The notes beneath the pieces are model-generated. The model searched no databases. It was not told the origin of the DNA and was given only the letters and a program-made list of their open reading frames with translations. From Amoeboradix gromovi X-113 (Eukaryota > Fungi > Sanchytriomycota), in contig JADGIF010000076.1 of NCBI GenBank assembly GCA_018985225.1, positions 1 to 23,131 of the forward strand: 23,131 bases of DNA. The letters run 5' to 3'. Position numbers and translations under genes: made by a program. Positions 19,405 through 23,131 of the stretch are shown piece by piece; within the stretch, counting starts at the first letter, position 1, and every line of letters starts with the position of its first letter.

Positions 19405-19906
19405 CAACGAAAAGAGGTGACACCATTAAACTTTTGAAATCGAAAACAGTGACTCATGTAATCAACTAGTCATGGGTACCCATACGATGATGTACCTACG
19501 GCTTAGCTTAAATTTGGAAACTAGAGAAGCAATTCTAACAAACATTTAGTTGTCATCAGTTTGCTATTACACGAAAGAAGCAAGCGAACATGCTGTTGGG
19601 CCACAAATGATGAACCTGACGATAGTCATACACAAATATTGCCAGTGTGTCTGAGACTCTTAAGCAATCACAACACCACCCTGCTCCAAGAGGGTTGTGA
19701 ATGCATTTAGCCTGAGCTTCAAGGCATTGGATGTCAGTTAACAAATGATAAGACTCTGCTTGGCAGAGATTAAATGATAGTAAATCTATTTCGCCCAATT
19801 TCTAGATGACGAGATAAATTTTACATAAGTAATGTCAGTCAGTCTAGCTTTTGCAATAGCTGCACCAATTGAAATATATATATTTATTCTCAACATGTGT
19901 TAGCCC

Positions 19907-22682
19907 TTAAAACAAGTTAGAGTTGAAAGACTTTCTTGATAAATTGTAAATTTGATCAGAATTCAATATTTTGGTGGTGCTGATATAGTGCTTAAACAGC
20001 ACCATCTCGTTATCAATTGCATAAGTTACTTTTCTTGCTTGAAACTTTTCTAGTTCTTCCAACTTCAACCTAAACATTGTGAGTTTAGAAAAGTTTATTA
20101 GTTCATGCATTTTTTTAGGATTACCATCATTCAAAAAAACCAAATCTTTTAAAAACAGCCCTAGAAATGGTAAAAAAAGTTCGTCATTCTTTAATTTAGT
20201 TTGGTATATCTCCCTATATGCTTTGTAGTTTCCATCCATATTCATAATCTGCTCAATTTCTTCTAGCTTTTGTTTTTTTGCTGGCTTGATTTGTTCCCAA
20301 CTGGACTTACATCTGGATACAGCAGCTGAATTCAAAGAAAGGATTAAAGCCATTAATTGGTTATAGTTTCCCAGCTGCTTCAATTCAGCAGCCACATCAA
20401 TAAACAACTCCAGCTTTTTTGTTCGGTATGTATCAGATGTTTCCAACAATATTTCGGAAGACACCCAGTTTGTGGTCTATATAAGTATAAACTACGTTAT
20501 TGAAACTATTAATAGAAGCCAACAAGTTTTCACAAATCTCACTGTTGTCCTCTTCAGGACTCCAAAGCTGCAAAAGCATTTCTAATGGCCGCAATTTTTG
20601 AAGTCTCTCAAATTCAAGTTCAGTTAACGATTTGGATATTGTTTGAGAGTTGTATGCTAGTAAGAATTTATCTATCAGAACTTTCGGCGCCTTCTTATGT
20701 CTTTCTCTTTTGAGCTGATGAGTTGTTTCTTCTATTTTTGCTTGTATTAAACAACCGAATGAATCTAAAAGAGTTTTGAATTTCATGTTATTATTCAGAG
20801 AGACGTTGTCTTCCACAATAGCCAAAAACCCTTGCAAAGTAAGCTGCATTTCTGGAGATTGAAAGTCGATCCAGTAGTGTTCCAGCCAAAATGATACAGC
20901 CTTAATCATTCTGGTATGAAGATGAAGCCTAGTAAATTTTTCATCTTTGTCATCTACTTCTGAGTTCATCCTTTGAATTATCTTTTTTAACAGCGATTGA
21001 GAGTCTATAACATACCTATAACACATAAATATAGTTTTTAAAAAACTTTCGTCAGCTGGTCCAAACCGATCCGCTAATCTTTCAATCAGCTTGTCAATTG
21101 AAGCTGCAGCAATATCAAACTTCGATGTCTGACTATCGGTACCTTTCGAGTAATAGACTTGAGGATTCCCAAGGTCATCCCAGCTGTCTTGCCTCAGCAT
21201 TCCTAAATTAGATTCATCGTTCTTTACAGGGGCCCGTAAATCTGGAATTCTTGATATCTCATCTGCAATTTTCAGCATTGAAATTTCAGTGTTGGACTCA
21301 CTAGGCGATATGCTTCTCTCGTTTGAAAATATACCAGAGGTGTTTCGAGAAATAAAACTACTCATGTCTTTAGCCTGTTTTTTGATCTCAGCCTTTTTAG
21401 GCTCAGGCAAGACATCAGCCATTTCAATCACTCTGTAAAGCTCCTCTAAAAATTCTTCTCCTTCTCCATTAAATGAGGTTATTGAGAAATTTGACTCATT
21501 TATTTCACGATGCTGTTCTGAGACGATAATCTTATCTTTTGAAGGACTAAGTTCCTTGTCGCTCTTTAGCAAATCTTGTAATCTATTTATCAGATCTTCA
21601 TCAATCTCCAAAAATTCGGTGCTTTTTGTCTGAGAATTTACAGTCCTTAAAGATTTTTTTGCAGTCACTTTTCTGCTTATACTTCTTTTTGCAGTTAAAA
21701 CTGTAAAAAAATTGACTGCTAACTGTGTGTCAGCTCTTGGAGCAGCTGCTACAGTATTTCCTATTGCAACCTTTTTAAATGATGAATACTTGCTCAGATT
21801 TTTAATAATCTGATCAAGCTCATCCTCTATGTTGGTGTTGACTTTTTGTGAATAAAATTTAAAAGATTTATCCAGTGTAAGTTTTAGCACCCTGAGATCA
21901 AACGTAGGCATTATTTCCAATAACAACAGGTTCATGCAGGAAGAATTAATAGAGCTAACCCACGCCATCATTTGAGCCTTAGATATACATTTAAACGTTA
22001 CAATATCGTTTCCTGCAAAAAGGTCAAAATTATAATCCATGGCAGATTTTTCACTTACTAGCGCCATAGCATTCTTATTTAATGTGTAAACAATTTTGTC
22101 TAATTCAGAATTTCCAGTAGTAACAATGATGTTAAAGGCTACCAGCTCTACTATACGACGTAAAAACGGAGATTCCTTGGATATCTGTACCTCCAGATAG
22201 CCCTTAAATGGGGGGACTTTAAGTCTTTTGATGATTTCTTCCGCATCTATAGGTGATGGAGGATCTTCAATTTCTACTTGTTCGCTAAATAGGGATGAAA
22301 ATTCTAGTATAGATTTTCTTCTTTCGGAGGGGACAGGAACAGGCTCGACCTGAATTCCGCTGTTGCTTCTAGATGCAGTACCAAAGTTCTTTTTCTTGGG
22401 CTTTGACACGGTTTTAATTTCAATCGTCTTAGATTTCCTTCTTGCACTATCATTCTTAGCATATACTATATATTCAGCCCCTGGCTCTAATACGCCAACA
22501 CCTTGTTTGTCTAATTCTAAAACTGCATTAGATTTTGTATCAATTAGTGTGACATCTTTTTCCTTAAACTTATAACTTACTGCAAAGACAGATCCACCTT
22601 GGTAGTACGTGCCTAATACTCTAGCTGGTGGAAGTAATGCTGCCATCCTATGGTCATAATTTTGCGTGCTGAGTCCTGACAT
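19907..22682 (-). CDS. Ras guanine-nucleotide exchange factor (PH + REM + CDC25 domains); exons 22682-20496, 20476-19907; 918 aa
   Basis: PH-like FKGYL...FKCISKAQMMAWVSSIN. REM AASIDKLIERL..FLKTIFMCYR..FWLEHYWIDF. CDC25 FNN-TTNWVSSEIL (spliced), NYNQLMALILSL, NYKAYR, LPFLGLFLKDLVFLNDGNP, INFSK. Confidence 0.92.
20477..20495 (-). other. 19-nt spliceosomal intron (RasGEF, phase 0)
   Basis: Minus strand gtagtttatacttatatag. Removal restores the CDC25 motif SFNN-TTNWVSSEIL. Confidence 0.9.
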
Positions 22683-22968
22683 GTAGAGAAAATCAGTTCA
22701 AGAAATAGGTCAAAAACAAATGAGACATCTGTAAAATCCCGACTAGAAATTTATAGGACATATAATGAAAACTTTTTCTTGTTGTTTCATTTGGTCTTTA
22801 ATTAAAGATATAGAACAGTTATTGATTTTCAATACTAACTTCAAAACCTTACACTACTAGAGGCATATGCCAAGAATAATTTCAGCGCACCTTACCGTCT
22901 CCCTGGTATCCATTTGGAGTTGGTAGATGTTGTAACAACATTCGAAGCCAATCTACCATCTAAAGGAC

Positions 22969-23131
22969 TATTTTCAAAAATAAACACTTGGGACATCAAA
23001 TATAAAAACTGGACTAACTTTCTGTAACAACTTGGAACATTATTTCAGCTTTATTACTTTATGGATTTAAGAGGCGAGTGGACATTCAGCTAGTTGCGGA
23101 GTTGACGAGTATGAAAGGAAAATAAACAACT
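22969..23131 (-). mobile_element. Partial inverted copy (right arm) of the MITE-like repeat, truncated by the window end
   Basis: The reverse complement aligns to 19241-19404 with only a handful of differences. The IR at 22989-23019 is the exact reverse complement of 19354-19384. Confidence 0.8.

Noticed and set aside
19477-19503. tacccatacgat... resembling an HA epitope tag (reads YPYDDVPTA)
   Set aside because: Only the first four codons match YPYDVPDYA and there is no vector context; coincidence.
3434-22682. Split ORFs interpreted as pseudogenes, sequencing frameshifts or programmed frameshifting
   Set aside because: Each break contains extra sequence bounded by GT..AG with a shared branch motif, and its exact removal restores conserved motifs. 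Indel errors would not do this six times.
559-22682. Alternative genetic code (stop-codon reassignment, as in some aphelids and ciliates)
   Set aside because: TAA, TAG (PMM) and TGA (HRD3, LSD1-like) all terminate genes at plausible C-termini, and no in-frame stops remain after splicing.
83-23019. 31-bp repeats as a CRISPR array or prokaryotic recombination sites
   Set aside because: The copies are dispersed and inverted rather than regularly spaced, the context is eukaryotic, and no cas or recombinase gene is present.

Overview
Gene-dense, AT-rich eukaryotic nuclear DNA using the standard genetic code. The proteins look fungal/opisthokont-like, probably from a compact early-diverging lineage; the taxon cannot be fixed from this window. 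Twelve protein genes are supported: an ankyrin/coiled-coil protein, GET3, HRD3/SEL1L, phosphomannomutase, mitochondrial-type AsnRS, NADPH-cytochrome P450 reductase, BET3, SNU71/RBM25, an LSD1-like SWIRM-amine oxidase, a NIPA Mg2+ transporter, a class I cyclic-nucleotide PDE and a PH-RasGEF. The main signal is that every broken ORF is repaired exactly by removing an ultra-short GT-AG intron. Five introns are 19 nt and one is 22 nt; all are 3n+1 and all end in a fused branch-point/acceptor YTWAYNYAG with an A fixed at -6. The second signal is a ~0.5 kb non-coding MITE-like element with 31-bp inverted repeats (18892-19404). Its left and right arms recur in inverted orientation at the two window ends, with an older relic near 8150-8206. 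Convergent genes are only 15-27 bp apart, with AATAAA at or just after most stop codons.
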